A stretch of DNA of 64,000 nucleotides from NCBI RefSeq assembly GCF_044758975.1, contig NZ_CP172862.1; one strand, given 5' to 3'. The stretch comes from Methylosinus sporium. GTDB taxonomy: Bacteria > Pseudomonadota > Alphaproteobacteria > Rhizobiales > Beijerinckiaceae. Position numbers and translations under genes: made by a program. Every line of letters begins with the position of its first letter. Position 1 is the first letter of the stretch. Of this stretch, positions 8,975 through 18,990 are shown in pieces. The notes beneath the pieces are model-generated. The model did not search any database and had not been told where the DNA came from. It worked only from the letters and a program-made list of their open reading frames with translations.

Positions 8975-10269
8975 AGCGGCCCGTGGTCTATGACGTCACG
9001 CGGCTCGTCACGCGCGCGCTCAATCCGACGCCCAATGGCATAGATCGGGTCGATTTCGCTCTGGCGCGGCATTTTCTCTCGGGCGAGGGCGGCGTCGCGT
9101 TGGCCGCGGCGGCGCTCGGGCCGCGGCTCGCCTCCGCCGAGGCGGGGCTGCGCACGCTCATCGACATAGAGACCTATTGGAACGAGCTTCGCGATTCCTC
9201 CACGGACGACGGCTTCTCCACGGACGAGATGTACGAGCGTGTGGTCGCCTCGCTCGGCGCGACGCCGCAGGGGCCGCGGGCGCCGCGGGTGGCGCGTCGC
9301 GATTGGGCGATCGTTCGAGAGAATTGGCGCGCCATGCGGCGCTGGGCTCTGCGTCTCGGGCGGCCGCCGTCGGAGGCGCCGGAGGGCGCCGTGTTCTTCA
9401 ATGCGAGCCAGTTTCCCGTGCATAAGGAATGGCATTTGCGCTGGCTCGACGCGCGGCCGGACGTGAAGCCCGTCTTCTTCGTCTATGATCTCCTGCCGCT
9501 GGACGCGCCCGAATTCTTCCGTCCGGCCGAGCGCGACAAGCATCGTCTGGTCATGGGCAATATCGTGCGGCGGGCGGCGGGGGTGGTCGTCGCATCGGCT
9601 TCGGTCGCGCGGCGGGTCGCGGACTATGCGAAAGAGAAGGGCAGGGGCGATCTGCCGGTCTGCGTCGCCGGCCTGCCGGCGGCGCCCGCCTTCGAGCGCG
9701 AGGCGGTCGCCGATCCGCGGCTCGCCGACACGCCTTATTTCGTCTTCTGCAGCACGATCGAGCCGCGCAAGAATCATATGCTTCTGCTCGACGTCTGGCG
9801 CGAGCTGGCCGAGCGCGCGGGCGCGGGCGCGCCCAAGCTCGTCCTCGTCGGCAAGCGCGGCTGGCACAATGAGAATGTGCTCCGCATGCTGGAGCGCTGC
9901 GCGGCCCTGCGCCCGCATGTGGTGGAGGCCTCCGGCCTGTCGACGCCGGCGATGCGGCGGCTGCTGGCCGGCGCGCGCGCCGCGCTCGCGCCCTCCTTCG
10001 CGGAAGGATTCGGGCTCCCCATCGCCGAGGCCGCGGCCTGCGGCGCCCCGATCATCGCCTCCGACATAGAGATATTTCGCGAGATCGCCGACGACACGCT
10101 CGACTATATCGATCCGCTCGACGGCCTCGGCTGGCGCGACGCGATCCTCGACTATAGCGCCCCCGATTCGCCGCGCCGCGCCGCGGCTTCGCGGCGGATC
10201 GCAGGGTTCCCGCGCCGCGACGCCGCTTCTTTTTTCGAGACGATCGACGAATTCCTCCGCGCTTTGTGA
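8971..10269 (+). CDS. Glycosyltransferase family 1 (GT4-like)
   Basis: C-terminal EPRKNHMLLLDVW...APSFAEGFGLPIAEAAACGAPIIASDIEIFREI is the GT1/GT4 donor-binding signature. The start MKRPVVYDVTRL is coupled to the upstream small ORF. Confidence 0.8.
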   Translation: MKRPVVYDVTRLVTRALNPTPNGIDRVDFALARHFLSGEGGVALAAAALGPRLASAEAGLRTLIDIETYWNELRDSSTDDGFSTDEMYERVVASLGATPQGPRAPRVARRDWAIVRENWRAMRRWALRLGRPPSEAPEGAVFFNASQFPVHKEWHLRWLDARPDVKPVFFVYDLLPLDAPEFFRPAERDKHRLVMGNIVRRAAGVVVASASVARRVADYAKEKGRGDLPVCVAGLPAAPAFEREAVADPRLADTPYFVFCSTIEPRKNHMLLLDVWRELAERAGAGAPKLVLVGKRGWHNENVLRMLERCAALRPHVVEASGLSTPAMRRLLAGARAALAPSFAEGFGLPIAEAAACGAPIIASDIEIFREIADDTLDYIDPLDGLGWRDAILDYSAPDSPRRAAASRRIAGFPRRDAASFFETIDEFLRAL

Positions 10270-10364
10270 ACGCGCCCGTTTCCGCGGCGCGGCGCGCCTT
10301 GCCGGAGCGGCGGCGGTTTCCTATTAAGGTCGAACAAAGGCCCACCAGCGAAAGAGAGGCGTCG

Positions 10365-11093
10365 ATGACGGACCCTTCGAGCCCGCCGAAATGGAAGCGG
10401 GTCGTCGTCAAGCTCTCGGGCGAGGCGCTGATGGGCGACGCCCCGCATGGTCTGCACGCGCCGACATTGGAGCGCATCGCCAAGGATCTCGCCGCTTCCG
10501 CCGCGCTCGGCGCGCAGATCGCGGTCGTCGTCGGCGGCGGCAATTTCTTTCGCGGCATTCAAGGCGCCGACAAGGGCATAGAGCGCGCTCGCGCCGATTC
10601 GATCGGCATGCTGGCGACGGTGATGAACGGGCTCGCGCTCGAGCAGGCGATCGAAGCGCAGGGCCGCCAGGCGCGCGCGCTCTCGGCCGTGCCCATGCCC
10701 TCGCTCTGCGAATCCTATTCGCGGCGGGCGGCGCTGCATCATCTCGACAAGGGCCGCGTCGTCATCGCCGCCGGCGGCACGGGCCTGCCTTTCTTCACCA
10801 CCGACACGCCCGCCGTGGTGCGCGCCGCCGAGCTTTCGGCCGACGCCGTGCTGAAGGCGACTCAGGTCGATGGCGTCTATACCGCCGATCCCAAGCGCGA
10901 CCCTTCGGCGCGGCGCTACGAGCAGCTGACTCATGACGAGGCCATCGCCAAAAGCCTCGCCGTGATGGACACCGCAGCCTTCGCTCTTGCCCGCGAGAAC
11001 AAGATTCCCATAATCGTCTTCTCCATCGCCGAGGCGGGCGCGATCCGCGCGGTGCTGGAAGGAAGAGGGCGGGCCACCCATGTCGTTCCTTAG
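10365..11093 (+). CDS. pyrH: UMP kinase
   Basis: KRVVVKLSGEAL, VVVGGGNFFRG and the conserved C-terminal block. Confidence 0.92.
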   Translation: MTDPSSPPKWKRVVVKLSGEALMGDAPHGLHAPTLERIAKDLAASAALGAQIAVVVGGGNFFRGIQGADKGIERARADSIGMLATVMNGLALEQAIEAQGRQARALSAVPMPSLCESYSRRAALHHLDKGRVVIAAGGTGLPFFTTDTPAVVRAAELSADAVLKATQVDGVYTADPKRDPSARRYEQLTHDEAIAKSLAVMDTAAFALARENKIPIIVFSIAEAGAIRAVLEGRGRATHVVP

Positions 11094-11224
11094 CGGACGA
11101 GCGCCTTCTGGATGCGGCGGCGATTTCCGCCTCGGCGGATTATGTTCTATGAAACGCTCCGACCCCTGAGCCGGCGCGGCCCGCTCGTTCGAACCGAAGA
11201 CATCACGAATAGGCAAAGTTTCCT

Positions 11225-11785
11225 ATGGCTCAGACTTTCGATCTGCCCGAACTGAAACGCCGCATGCAGGGCGCGCTGGCGACCCTCAAGCACGAGCTCG
11301 GCGGGCTTCGCACCGGACGCGCCTCGGCGAGCCTGCTGGAGCCGATCCATGTCGAGGCCTATGGCCAGGCGACCCCGCTCAATCAGGTGGCGACGATCAG
11401 CGTGCCGGAGTCGCGCATGCTGGCCGTGCAGGTGTGGGACAAGGGCCTCGTCGGCGCCGTCGACAAGGCGATTCGCGATTCCAATCTCGGGCTCTCGCCG
11501 ACCATCGAGGGTCAGGTGCTGCGCATTCGCACGCCGGAGCTCAACGAGCAGCGCCGCAAGGAGCTGGTGAAGGTCGCGCACAAATACGCCGAGGATGCGC
11601 GGGTCTCGGTGCGCCACGTTCGGCGCGACGGCATCGATATATTGAAGAAGCTGCTGAAGGATCACGCTCTTCCCGAGGACGACTCCAAGCGTCACGAGGC
11701 CGAGGTGCAGAAGGCGACCGACGAGTCGGTGCGCGAAATCGACACCATGCTCGCGCAAAAAGAAAAAGAGATCATGCAAGTTTGA
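11225..11785 (+). CDS. frr: Ribosome recycling factor
   Basis: Full-length similarity pattern: [24 protein letters not shown]...[11 protein letters not shown]. Confidence 0.92.
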   Translation: MAQTFDLPELKRRMQGALATLKHELGGLRTGRASASLLEPIHVEAYGQATPLNQVATISVPESRMLAVQVWDKGLVGAVDKAIRDSNLGLSPTIEGQVLRIRTPELNEQRRKELVKVAHKYAEDARVSVRHVRRDGIDILKKLLKDHALPEDDSKRHEAEVQKATDESVREIDTMLAQKEKEIMQV

Positions 11786-11858
11786 TTTGTCTTTTCGATT
11801 TTCACGAGACGCCGGCCGGTCCGGCCCGAGCTCTCGAGTATGGCGCGGAACAAAAAAA

Positions 11859-12638
11859 ATGGGAGATGGTGGAATATTGGAGCTGGGAGCGCCGGCCTTG
11901 GCGCCGAGATCCGCGCCGCGTCATGTCGCTTTGATCATGGACGGCAACGGCCGCTGGGCGGCCGCGCGAGGCCTGCCGCGATTCGAGGGTCATAGGCGTG
12001 GCGTCGACGCTCTGCGCAAGACCGTGCGCGCGGCGATCGAGCTCGGGGTGGATTATCTGACGGTCTATTCCTTTTCTGTGGAAAATTGGTCGCGTCCGCC
12101 CGAGGAGGTGCAGAGCCTGCTCGCGCTGCTGCATCGGTTCATCCGTAACGACCTCGCCGAGCTGCGGGGCAATAATGTTCGCGTGAAGGTCATCGGCGCG
12201 CGCGCGGATCTTTCGGCCGAGATCGCCGGGCTGCTGCGCGAGGCCGAGCAGATGACCGCCGCCAACACTGGCCTCACCCTCGTCGTCGCCTTCAATTATG
12301 GCGCGCGGCAGGAGATCGCCGCCGCGGCGCGGGCGCTCGCGGAGGAGGTCGCCGCGGGCCGTCTGCGTCCGCAGGACATAGACGCCGAGGCGATCGCCCG
12401 ACGTCTCGACACGGCCGATATTCCCGATCCCGACCTCATCATCCGCACCAGCGGCGAGCAGCGCCTGTCCAATTTCATGCTGTGGCAGGCCGCCTATGCG
12501 GAATTGCTGTTCGTGCCGGTCCACTGGCCGGACTTCAGCCGGGCGGATTTCGAGGCGGCGATTGACGAATATGCGCAGCGCGATCGGCGTTTCGGCGGGC
12601 TGGCGCCGGTCGATCGCAGAGCGAAGACCGCTTCATGA
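11859..12638 (+). CDS. uppS: Di-trans,poly-cis-undecaprenyl-diphosphate synthase
   Basis: [13 protein letters not shown] and [11 protein letters not shown] motifs. The ORF is open from 11787 but M25 (11859) fits the conserved N-terminus. Confidence 0.9.
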   Translation: MGDGGILELGAPALAPRSAPRHVALIMDGNGRWAAARGLPRFEGHRRGVDALRKTVRAAIELGVDYLTVYSFSVENWSRPPEEVQSLLALLHRFIRNDLAELRGNNVRVKVIGARADLSAEIAGLLREAEQMTAANTGLTLVVAFNYGARQEIAAAARALAEEVAAGRLRPQDIDAEAIARRLDTADIPDPDLIIRTSGEQRLSNFMLWQAAYAELLFVPVHWPDFSRADFEAAIDEYAQRDRRFGGLAPVDRRAKTAS

Positions 12639-13501
12639 GCGAATCTTCCGAGCCGCCCGCCGCCAAAGCCGGCGCGAGGGGCGGTCAATTCTCCGATCTT
12701 GGTCCCCGCATCGGCTCGGCGGCGGCGCTGATCGCGACCGCGGTGGTCGCGCTCTATGTCGGCGGCGACGCTTTCGCGCTGTTCTGGCTGCTCGCCGGCT
12801 TCGCCGTCTCCTGGGAGTGGCAGAGCATCGTCGGCGGCAAGATGGCGCTCGCGCGCTTCGCGCTCGGCGGCGCCTCTCTCGCGGGGGCGACGGCCTTCGC
12901 CGCCCATGGCGGCGGCCCGGCCGCGCTGGCCTCGCTCGTCTTCTTCTCGGCGATTCTCGCGATTCTCGCCGGACCCGGCCGTCGGCTGTGGGCGCCGGCC
13001 GGCCTGCTCTACGCCGGCTCCTTGATCGTCTCCACCAATGTGCTGCGCCATTCGTCCGATTATGGCGCGCTCTCCATCGCCTGGCTGTTCGCCGTGGTCT
13101 GGGGCACGGATGTGATGGCCTATTTCGGCGGCCGCCTGATCGGCGGGCCGAAGCTGTGGCCGCGCGTCTCGCCGGGCAAGACCTGGTCGGGAACGCTTGT
13201 CGGCGTCGCCAGCGGCGCGCTGGCGGGCGTCGGCGTCGTCTATCTCAGCCGCTGGAGCGCGGCGGCGACCCTGCCTTTGTTTTTCGTCGGCATTGTCGCG
13301 GCGGCGCTGGCGCAGGCGGGCGATCTTTTCGAATCCTGGATCAAGCGACGCTTCGGCGTGAAGGATTCGAGCCGGCTCATCCCCGGCCATGGCGGCGTGA
13401 TGGATCGCGTCGACGGCTTCATCTTCGCCAGCGCCTTCGCGGCCATGCTCGGCGGTTTGCGCGGTCAGGAGTCCCTGGCCGCCGGCATCTTCATCTGGTA
13501 G
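12635..13501 (+). CDS. cdsA: Phosphatidate cytidylyltransferase
   Basis: [30 protein letters not shown] signature. ATGA overlap with the uppS stop. Confidence 0.9.
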   Translation: MSESSEPPAAKAGARGGQFSDLGPRIGSAAALIATAVVALYVGGDAFALFWLLAGFAVSWEWQSIVGGKMALARFALGGASLAGATAFAAHGGGPAALASLVFFSAILAILAGPGRRLWAPAGLLYAGSLIVSTNVLRHSSDYGALSIAWLFAVVWGTDVMAYFGGRLIGGPKLWPRVSPGKTWSGTLVGVASGALAGVGVVYLSRWSAAATLPLFFVGIVAAALAQAGDLFESWIKRRFGVKDSSRLIPGHGGVMDRVDGFIFASAFAAMLGGLRGQESLAAGIFIW

Positions 13502-13511
13502 GCGGCGTCAC

Positions 13512-14756
13512 ATGGCGACAGGGACAGGATCGGATCAGCTCGGGACGGGGTCGCGCGGCCGGCCGCCGAAGCGAATCGCGCTGCTCGGCGCGACCGGATC
13601 GATCGGTCGCTCCACCGTCGATCTGCTGCTGCGCAACCCGGAAGCCTATTCCGTCGCGGCCATCGCGGGCGGGCGCGACCACGCCGCTCTGGCGCGGACG
13701 GCGCTGGCGGTGAAGGCCGAATTCGTCGCCATTCGCGACGAGGACGGCTATGCGGCGCTGAAGGAGGCGCTCTCCGGCACCAATATTCAGGTCGCCGCCG
13801 GACGTGAGGCGGTGATCGAGGCCGCGACGCGCGAGGCCGATCTCGTCGTATCGGCCATTGTCGGCGCCGCCGGAGTCGAGCCGACCCATGCGGCGCTGGA
13901 GCTCGGCCGCGTCGTCGCCCTCGCCAACAAGGAGTGTCTCGTCTGCGCCGGCGGGCCCTTCATGCGCACGGCGCAGCAGAAAAAGGCGCGGCTGCTGCCC
14001 ATCGACAGCGAGCACAACGCCATTTTCCAGGCGCTCGGCGGCGAGGACGTCTCGCGAATCGAGAAAATGACCATCACCGCGTCCGGCGGCCCGTTCCGCA
14101 CCTGGACCAGGGAGGCGATCGAGGCCGCGACGGTGGAGCAGGCGCTCAACCATCCCAATTGGGCGATGGGGCCGAAGAACACGATCGATTCGGCCAGCCT
14201 GATGAACAAGGGCCTCGAGCTGATCGAGGCGCATCATATTTTCGCCGTGCCGGCGGAAAAGCTCGACGTCGTCGTGCATCCGCAATCCATCGTGCATGGG
14301 CTCGTCAGCTTCACCGACGGCTCGGTCACGGCTGGGCTCGCCCGCCCGGACATGCGCGTGCCGATCGCCCATTGCCTGGCCTATCCCGAGCGAATCGAGA
14401 CGCCGGCGCCGCGGCTCGATCTCGTCGCCCTCGGCGCGCTGACTTTCGAGAAGCCCGATCTCGACCGTTTTCCGGCGCTCGGTCTCGCGCTCGACGCGCT
14501 GCGCGAGGGGGGCGCCTTGCCGACAGTGCTCAACGCCGCCAATGAGATCGCGGTCGAGGCCTTCCTGTCCGGCCGCATCGGTTTCAGCGGAATCGCCCGC
14601 GAGGTCGAGAAGGCGCTGGAGGCCGCGCTCAAGGACGGCACGGCGCGGGAGCCGGCCACCGTTGAGGACGCCCTCGATATTGACCATATTGTCAGAGAAA
14701 GATCGCGCGGCGCCTTGGCGATGAACCAGGCTTCGGGCATGTTAACGCTTCAGTAA
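13512..14756 (+). CDS. dxr: 1-deoxy-D-xylulose 5-phosphate reductoisomerase
   Basis: IALLGATGSIGRSTVDLL NADPH-binding N-terminus and conserved catalytic-domain blocks. Confidence 0.92.
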   Translation: MATGTGSDQLGTGSRGRPPKRIALLGATGSIGRSTVDLLLRNPEAYSVAAIAGGRDHAALARTALAVKAEFVAIRDEDGYAALKEALSGTNIQVAAGREAVIEAATREADLVVSAIVGAAGVEPTHAALELGRVVALANKECLVCAGGPFMRTAQQKKARLLPIDSEHNAIFQALGGEDVSRIEKMTITASGGPFRTWTREAIEAATVEQALNHPNWAMGPKNTIDSASLMNKGLELIEAHHIFAVPAEKLDVVVHPQSIVHGLVSFTDGSVTAGLARPDMRVPIAHCLAYPERIETPAPRLDLVALGALTFEKPDLDRFPALGLALDALREGGALPTVLNAANEIAVEAFLSGRIGFSGIAREVEKALEAALKDGTAREPATVEDALDIDHIVRERSRGALAMNQASGMLTLQ

Positions 14757-14774
14757 CCAAGAGAGCGAGGCCGC

Positions 14775-15974
14775 GTGGCGGACTCTTGGTGCGTAGCGTT
14801 TGCCGGGAGTATCGCTTTGCTGGACTTGCTCATGACGATCCTCATCTATGTCGTCCCCTTCGTCTTCGTGCTGACGATGGTGGTGTTCTTCCACGAGCTC
14901 GGCCATTTCCTCGTCGGCCGCTGGTGCGGGGTCAAGATCGACGCTTTCTCGATCGGCTTCGGGCCGGAGCTCTGGGCCTTCCATGACCGCTATGGCACGC
15001 GTTGGCGCGTGGCGGCGATTCCGCTCGGCGGCTATGTGAAGTTCCACGGCGACGCCAATGGCGCCAGCGTGCCCGATCCCGAGCGCATCGAAGCCATGCC
15101 GGAGGAGGAGCGCAAGGTCACCTTCTTCGGCCAGCCGGTGTGGAAGCGCGCCGCGATCGTGGTGGCGGGGCCGCTCGCCAATTTCGTGCTGGCGATCGTC
15201 ATCTTCACCCTTCTCTACGCCTCCTTCGGCCGCAATATCCTGCTGCCCAAGGTCGCCGCCGTGCAGGCGGGCGGCGCGGCCGAGCAGGCCGGCTTCCAGA
15301 AGGGCGATCTCGTCCTCACCATAGACGGCGAGCCGATCGACAGCTTCGGCAAGATGCAGGAGATCGTCTCGGCCTCGACCGGCAAGCCGCTCAGCATCGT
15401 CGTGCGGCGCGGCGGCGAGGATGTGCCGCTGCAGGCGACCCCGCAATTGCGCGAGATCGAGACCGCGCTGGGCAAGACCAAGATCGGCATGATCGGCCTG
15501 CAGGCGAGCTCGGACCCCGCCGACCAGCGCGAGGAGCGTTTCGGCGTCGGCCAGTCCTTCGTTCTCGCGGTCAATGAGACCTGGACGATCATCGGCCGCA
15601 CCGCCTCCTATCTCGGCGGCCTCGTCGTCGGCCGCGAGGCGACCGACCAATTGTCCGGCCCGATCGGCATTGCGCAGGTCTCCGGCCAAATGGCGAAGGC
15701 GATCGACAAGGTGGGCGTCGGGCCGCTGTTCAATCTCATCGCGATCCTGTCGATCTCGATCGGCCTGCTCAATCTGGCGCCGGTGCCGCTCCTCGACGGC
15801 GGACATCTGCTCTTCTATCTGATCGAGGCGGCGCGCGGCCGCGCGCTCGCGGAACGTACGCAAGAATACGCGTTCCGAGTCGGGCTAGCGATGGTCTGCA
15901 CCTTGATGGTGTTCTCCACCTACAATGACCTCGCCAGGTTGTTGCGCCGCGTCACCGGCGCAGGGGTCGACTGA
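14775..15974 (+). CDS. rseP: RIP zinc metalloprotease (site-2 protease)
   Basis: HELGHFLVGRWCGV zinc site, PDZ region and C-terminal LDGGHL motif. GTG start at 14775 or ATG at 14832. Confidence 0.9.
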   Translation: MADSWCVAFAGSIALLDLLMTILIYVVPFVFVLTMVVFFHELGHFLVGRWCGVKIDAFSIGFGPELWAFHDRYGTRWRVAAIPLGGYVKFHGDANGASVPDPERIEAMPEEERKVTFFGQPVWKRAAIVVAGPLANFVLAIVIFTLLYASFGRNILLPKVAAVQAGGAAEQAGFQKGDLVLTIDGEPIDSFGKMQEIVSASTGKPLSIVVRRGGEDVPLQATPQLREIETALGKTKIGMIGLQASSDPADQREERFGVGQSFVLAVNETWTIIGRTASYLGGLVVGREATDQLSGPIGIAQVSGQMAKAIDKVGVGPLFNLIAILSISIGLLNLAPVPLLDGGHLLFYLIEAARGRALAERTQEYAFRVGLAMVCTLMVFSTYNDLARLLRRVTGAGVD

Positions 15975-16326
15975 CAGGCTTCGTGTCTCGTTCTTTTCTT
16001 CCCACTGAAATTCGGGGCGAAAGGGGCGAGACCGGCGGTTATGACCGCTTTTCGCCATCATTCTGGGGAGGATCGCCTCATGGGACTCGCGGCCAGCGCC
16101 GCGGGTTCCCGACGTTAACGCGACGCTGACCATAAAAAGTGGCTTCGCGGCGATGGGCCGGGCAAAACGGGGAAACTCGCGGCGTTCGGCATTTGCAGTA
16201 AACGGTAAACCTTGTAGAAGGTGAACATCGGATCGGACGGCGTGCGGTAGCGTGCGTGCGTTGTCCCAGTTCGTGAGCCGCGCCGCTTTCGGCGGGCGAC
16301 GGCGCGACGAGGACTTAGGATTGACA
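15975..16326 (+). promoter_or_regulatory. Long (~350 nt) non-coding leader / promoter region upstream of bamA
   Basis: No convincing ORF and no tRNA-like structure. The longest intergenic region inside the otherwise compact rseP-bamA-lpxD block. Confidence 0.3.
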
Positions 16327-18813
16327 ATGCGGTCCATCGAGGCTTTTCGGAATCGTTCCTATCTCTTGGCAGCCGTGGTATCGGCGGTCCTCGGCTTCTC
16401 TCTTCCTTCCTTTGCTCAGGATATCGTCGTCGTCGGCAACGCCCGCGGCGATTCCGACGTGATCCGCTCCTATTTCTCCGGCACCAGCCCGGAGGAGATC
16501 GAGAAGGGGCTCGAAGCGCTGCGCAACAGCGGCCGCTTCGCCAATGTGAGCGCCAGCCGCGAGAAGGGACGCGTGGTCATCCATGTGTCGGAGACCAATC
16601 TCATCAATCGCGTCGTCTTCGAGGGCAACAGCAAGGTCAAGACCGACACGCTGACCTCGGAAGTGCGCACGCGCGCGCATGGCTCCTTCAATCAGACCGT
16701 CGTGCAGCAGGACATTGCGCGCCTGCTCGAGATCTACAAACGCTCCGGCCGCGCCGCCGCTAAGATCACCTATCGCACCGTGCAGCTGCCCAATGGCCGC
16801 ATCGATGTGGTGTTCACGGTGGAGGAGGGCGACAAGACCGGCGTCAAGGAGATCAAATTCGTCGGCAACACCGTCTTCTCGACCGGCCGTCTCGTCGATC
16901 TGATGGAAACGACGGAGATGAACTTCCTGTCGTTCATCAAGACGAGCGACGTCTATGATCCCGACCGCATCGCCTCCGATCTCGAATTGGTGCGCCGCTT
17001 CTATCTGAAGAACGGCTACGCCGACTTCCACGTCGTCAGCTCCGACGCCGTGTTCGATCCGGGCCAGGGCGGCTATGTCATCACGGTCGTGGTGGAGGAG
17101 GGGCCGCAGTATCGCGTCTCCAACGTCGATATCGAATCGCATCTGCCCGATATCGATCCGGCCTCTCTGCAGCCCTATCTGCGTCTTTCCGCCGGCGACG
17201 TCTATAATGGCGACGCGGTGGAGAAGACGGTCGAATCGCTGACCCGCGAGATCGCCAAGAAAGGCTACGCCTTCTCGCAGGCGCGCCCGCGCGGCGAGCG
17301 CAATCCCGCCGCTCAGACGGTGGCGATCCGCTTCGTCGTCGACGAGGGTCCGCGCGTCTATATCGAGCGCATCAATATTCGCGGCAACACGCGCACGCGC
17401 GACTACGTCATTCGCCGCGAGTTCGAGATCGGCGAGGGCGACGCCTATAATCGCGTGCTGATCGATCGCGCCGAGCGACGCCTCAACGGCCTCGGCTTCT
17501 TCAAGAAGGTCCGCGTCACCAATGAGCCGGGCTCGGCCGCCGACCGCGTCGTCGTCAATGTGGACGTCGAAGATCAGGCGACCGGCAATTTCGGCGTGTC
17601 GGGCGGCTATTCGACGACGGAAGGCTTCATCGGCGAAGTCTCGGTGTCGGAGAGCAACTTCCTCGGCCGCGGCCAGGCGACGCGCCTCTCGGTGCAGGCC
17701 GGCCAGCGCGCCCGCGGCGTGTCCTTCAGCTTCACCGAGCCCTACTTCCTCGATCAGCGCTTCTCGGCGGGCTTCGATCTCTTCGCGAAGAAGTCGGACG
17801 CCTACAACTACTCCTATTATTCCACCACCTCGATCGGCGGCACGCTGCGCTTCGGCGTGCCGATCACCGAGGAGATCAGCTTCTCGCCGCGTTATTCGAT
17901 CTACAACACGACGATCTCCATCCCCAACGACAGCAACCGGCCCTACAACGACTGTCAGACGCCTCTGCCGGGATATACGCCGGGCTTCGGCTATATCTTC
18001 GCGCCGACGCCGGCCGATCTCAACATTCTCTATAACTGTCAGTCGAATGGCGAGGCCTCGCTGGCCATCAAGGAATCGCAGGGGTCGCGGCTCACCTCGC
18101 TCATCGGCTACACGCTGTCGTACAATTCGCTCGACAATTTCCGTAATCCGAAGAACGGCATCCATTCGCAGCTGTCGCAGGATATCGCCGGCCTCGGCGG
18201 AAACAGCCGCTATGTGCGCACGACCGGCGACCTGCGCTACTTCCACGAGATTCCCTATGTGGATGACGTGGTCGGCATCGCGCGCGTGCAGGGCGGCAAT
18301 ATGTTCGCGCTCGGCGACTATCAGTTCCGGGTGATGGACAATTTCAACCTCGGCCCGACTCTGGTGCGCGGCTTCGCGCCGGGCGGCCTCGGCCCGCGCG
18401 ACATCTCCAACTGGACCAGCTCGCGCGGCAACTCGCTCGGCGGCACCAATTACATCGGCGGCTCGCTCGAGGTGCAGTTCCCCATCTGGGGCCTGCCGAA
18501 GGACATCGGCCTGCGCGGCGCGCTCTTCGCCGACGCCGGCACGCTCTGGGGCTACAAGGGCGCGACCAACTTCAGCAGCAAGCTCTATGGCGTCACTCTG
18601 CCCTGCGTCTATCCCTATTCGGCGCCGACCTACGGCCAGGGCACCTGTATCGTCGTCTCGGGCGACGCCGCGCAGATCCGCTCCTCGGTCGGCGCTTCGG
18701 CGCTGTGGCAATCGCCGCTCGGGCCGATCCGCTTCGACTATGCGGTGGTGCTGTCCAAGGCCTATGGCGACATCACGCAGCGCTTCCGCTTCTCCGGCGG
18801 CACCAATTTCTAA
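16327..18813 (+). CDS. bamA: Outer membrane protein assembly factor BamA (Omp85)
   Basis: Signal peptide ending ...LPSFAQD, POTRA-like repeats, C-terminal beta-barrel ending RFRFSGGTNF. Confidence 0.93.
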   Translation: MRSIEAFRNRSYLLAAVVSAVLGFSLPSFAQDIVVVGNARGDSDVIRSYFSGTSPEEIEKGLEALRNSGRFANVSASREKGRVVIHVSETNLINRVVFEGNSKVKTDTLTSEVRTRAHGSFNQTVVQQDIARLLEIYKRSGRAAAKITYRTVQLPNGRIDVVFTVEEGDKTGVKEIKFVGNTVFSTGRLVDLMETTEMNFLSFIKTSDVYDPDRIASDLELVRRFYLKNGYADFHVVSSDAVFDPGQGGYVITVVVEEGPQYRVSNVDIESHLPDIDPASLQPYLRLSAGDVYNGDAVEKTVESLTREIAKKGYAFSQARPRGERNPAAQTVAIRFVVDEGPRVYIERINIRGNTRTRDYVIRREFEIGEGDAYNRVLIDRAERRLNGLGFFKKVRVTNEPGSAADRVVVNVDVEDQATGNFGVSGGYSTTEGFIGEVSVSESNFLGRGQATRLSVQAGQRARGVSFSFTEPYFLDQRFSAGFDLFAKKSDAYNYSYYSTTSIGGTLRFGVPITEEISFSPRYSIYNTTISIPNDSNRPYNDCQTPLPGYTPGFGYIFAPTPADLNILYNCQSNGEASLAIKESQGSRLTSLIGYTLSYNSLDNFRNPKNGIHSQLSQDIAGLGGNSRYVRTTGDLRYFHEIPYVDDVVGIARVQGGNMFALGDYQFRVMDNFNLGPTLVRGFAPGGLGPRDISNWTSSRGNSLGGTNYIGGSLEVQFPIWGLPKDIGLRGALFADAGTLWGYKGATNFSSKLYGVTLPCVYPYSAPTYGQGTCIVVSGDAAQIRSSVGASALWQSPLGPIRFDYAVVLSKAYGDITQRFRFSGGTNF

Positions 18814-18990
18814 AGGCGACGCGCTGGCGCGCCGCCGACACCGCGTCTAGAATTTGCGATCCCCGAGCGGCGAGACCCGCCTCTCGGGGATCGTTTTCGT
18901 AGAGGGCGCCGCAATGGCCTCGGGCCGGCCGGCGTTCTCCTTGCGTTTTTCGTCCCGGCCTCGGCCGGGCGCGACGGGGAGGAGCGCGGC

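Noticed and set aside
15975-16326. Possible tRNA or other RNA gene in the long bamA leader
   Set aside because: I could not find a cloverleaf with acceptor stem, anticodon arm and T-arm GTTC-type motif. It is left as an untyped regulatory region.
16315-18711. 798-aa minus-strand ORF antisense to bamA, and similar long antisense ORFs (3132..4919, 6244..7482, 27151..28650, 25832..27064, 30825..32285, 48733..50205, 52516..53781, 33240..34256)
   Set aside because: Each overlaps a gene with clear family signatures on the other strand. Their translations are low-complexity R/A/G-rich. They are GC-bias artefacts.
18814-18990. Search for an skp/ompH gene between bamA and lpxD
   Set aside because: Only 177 bp are available and no ORF with a signal peptide is present, so skp is absent here.
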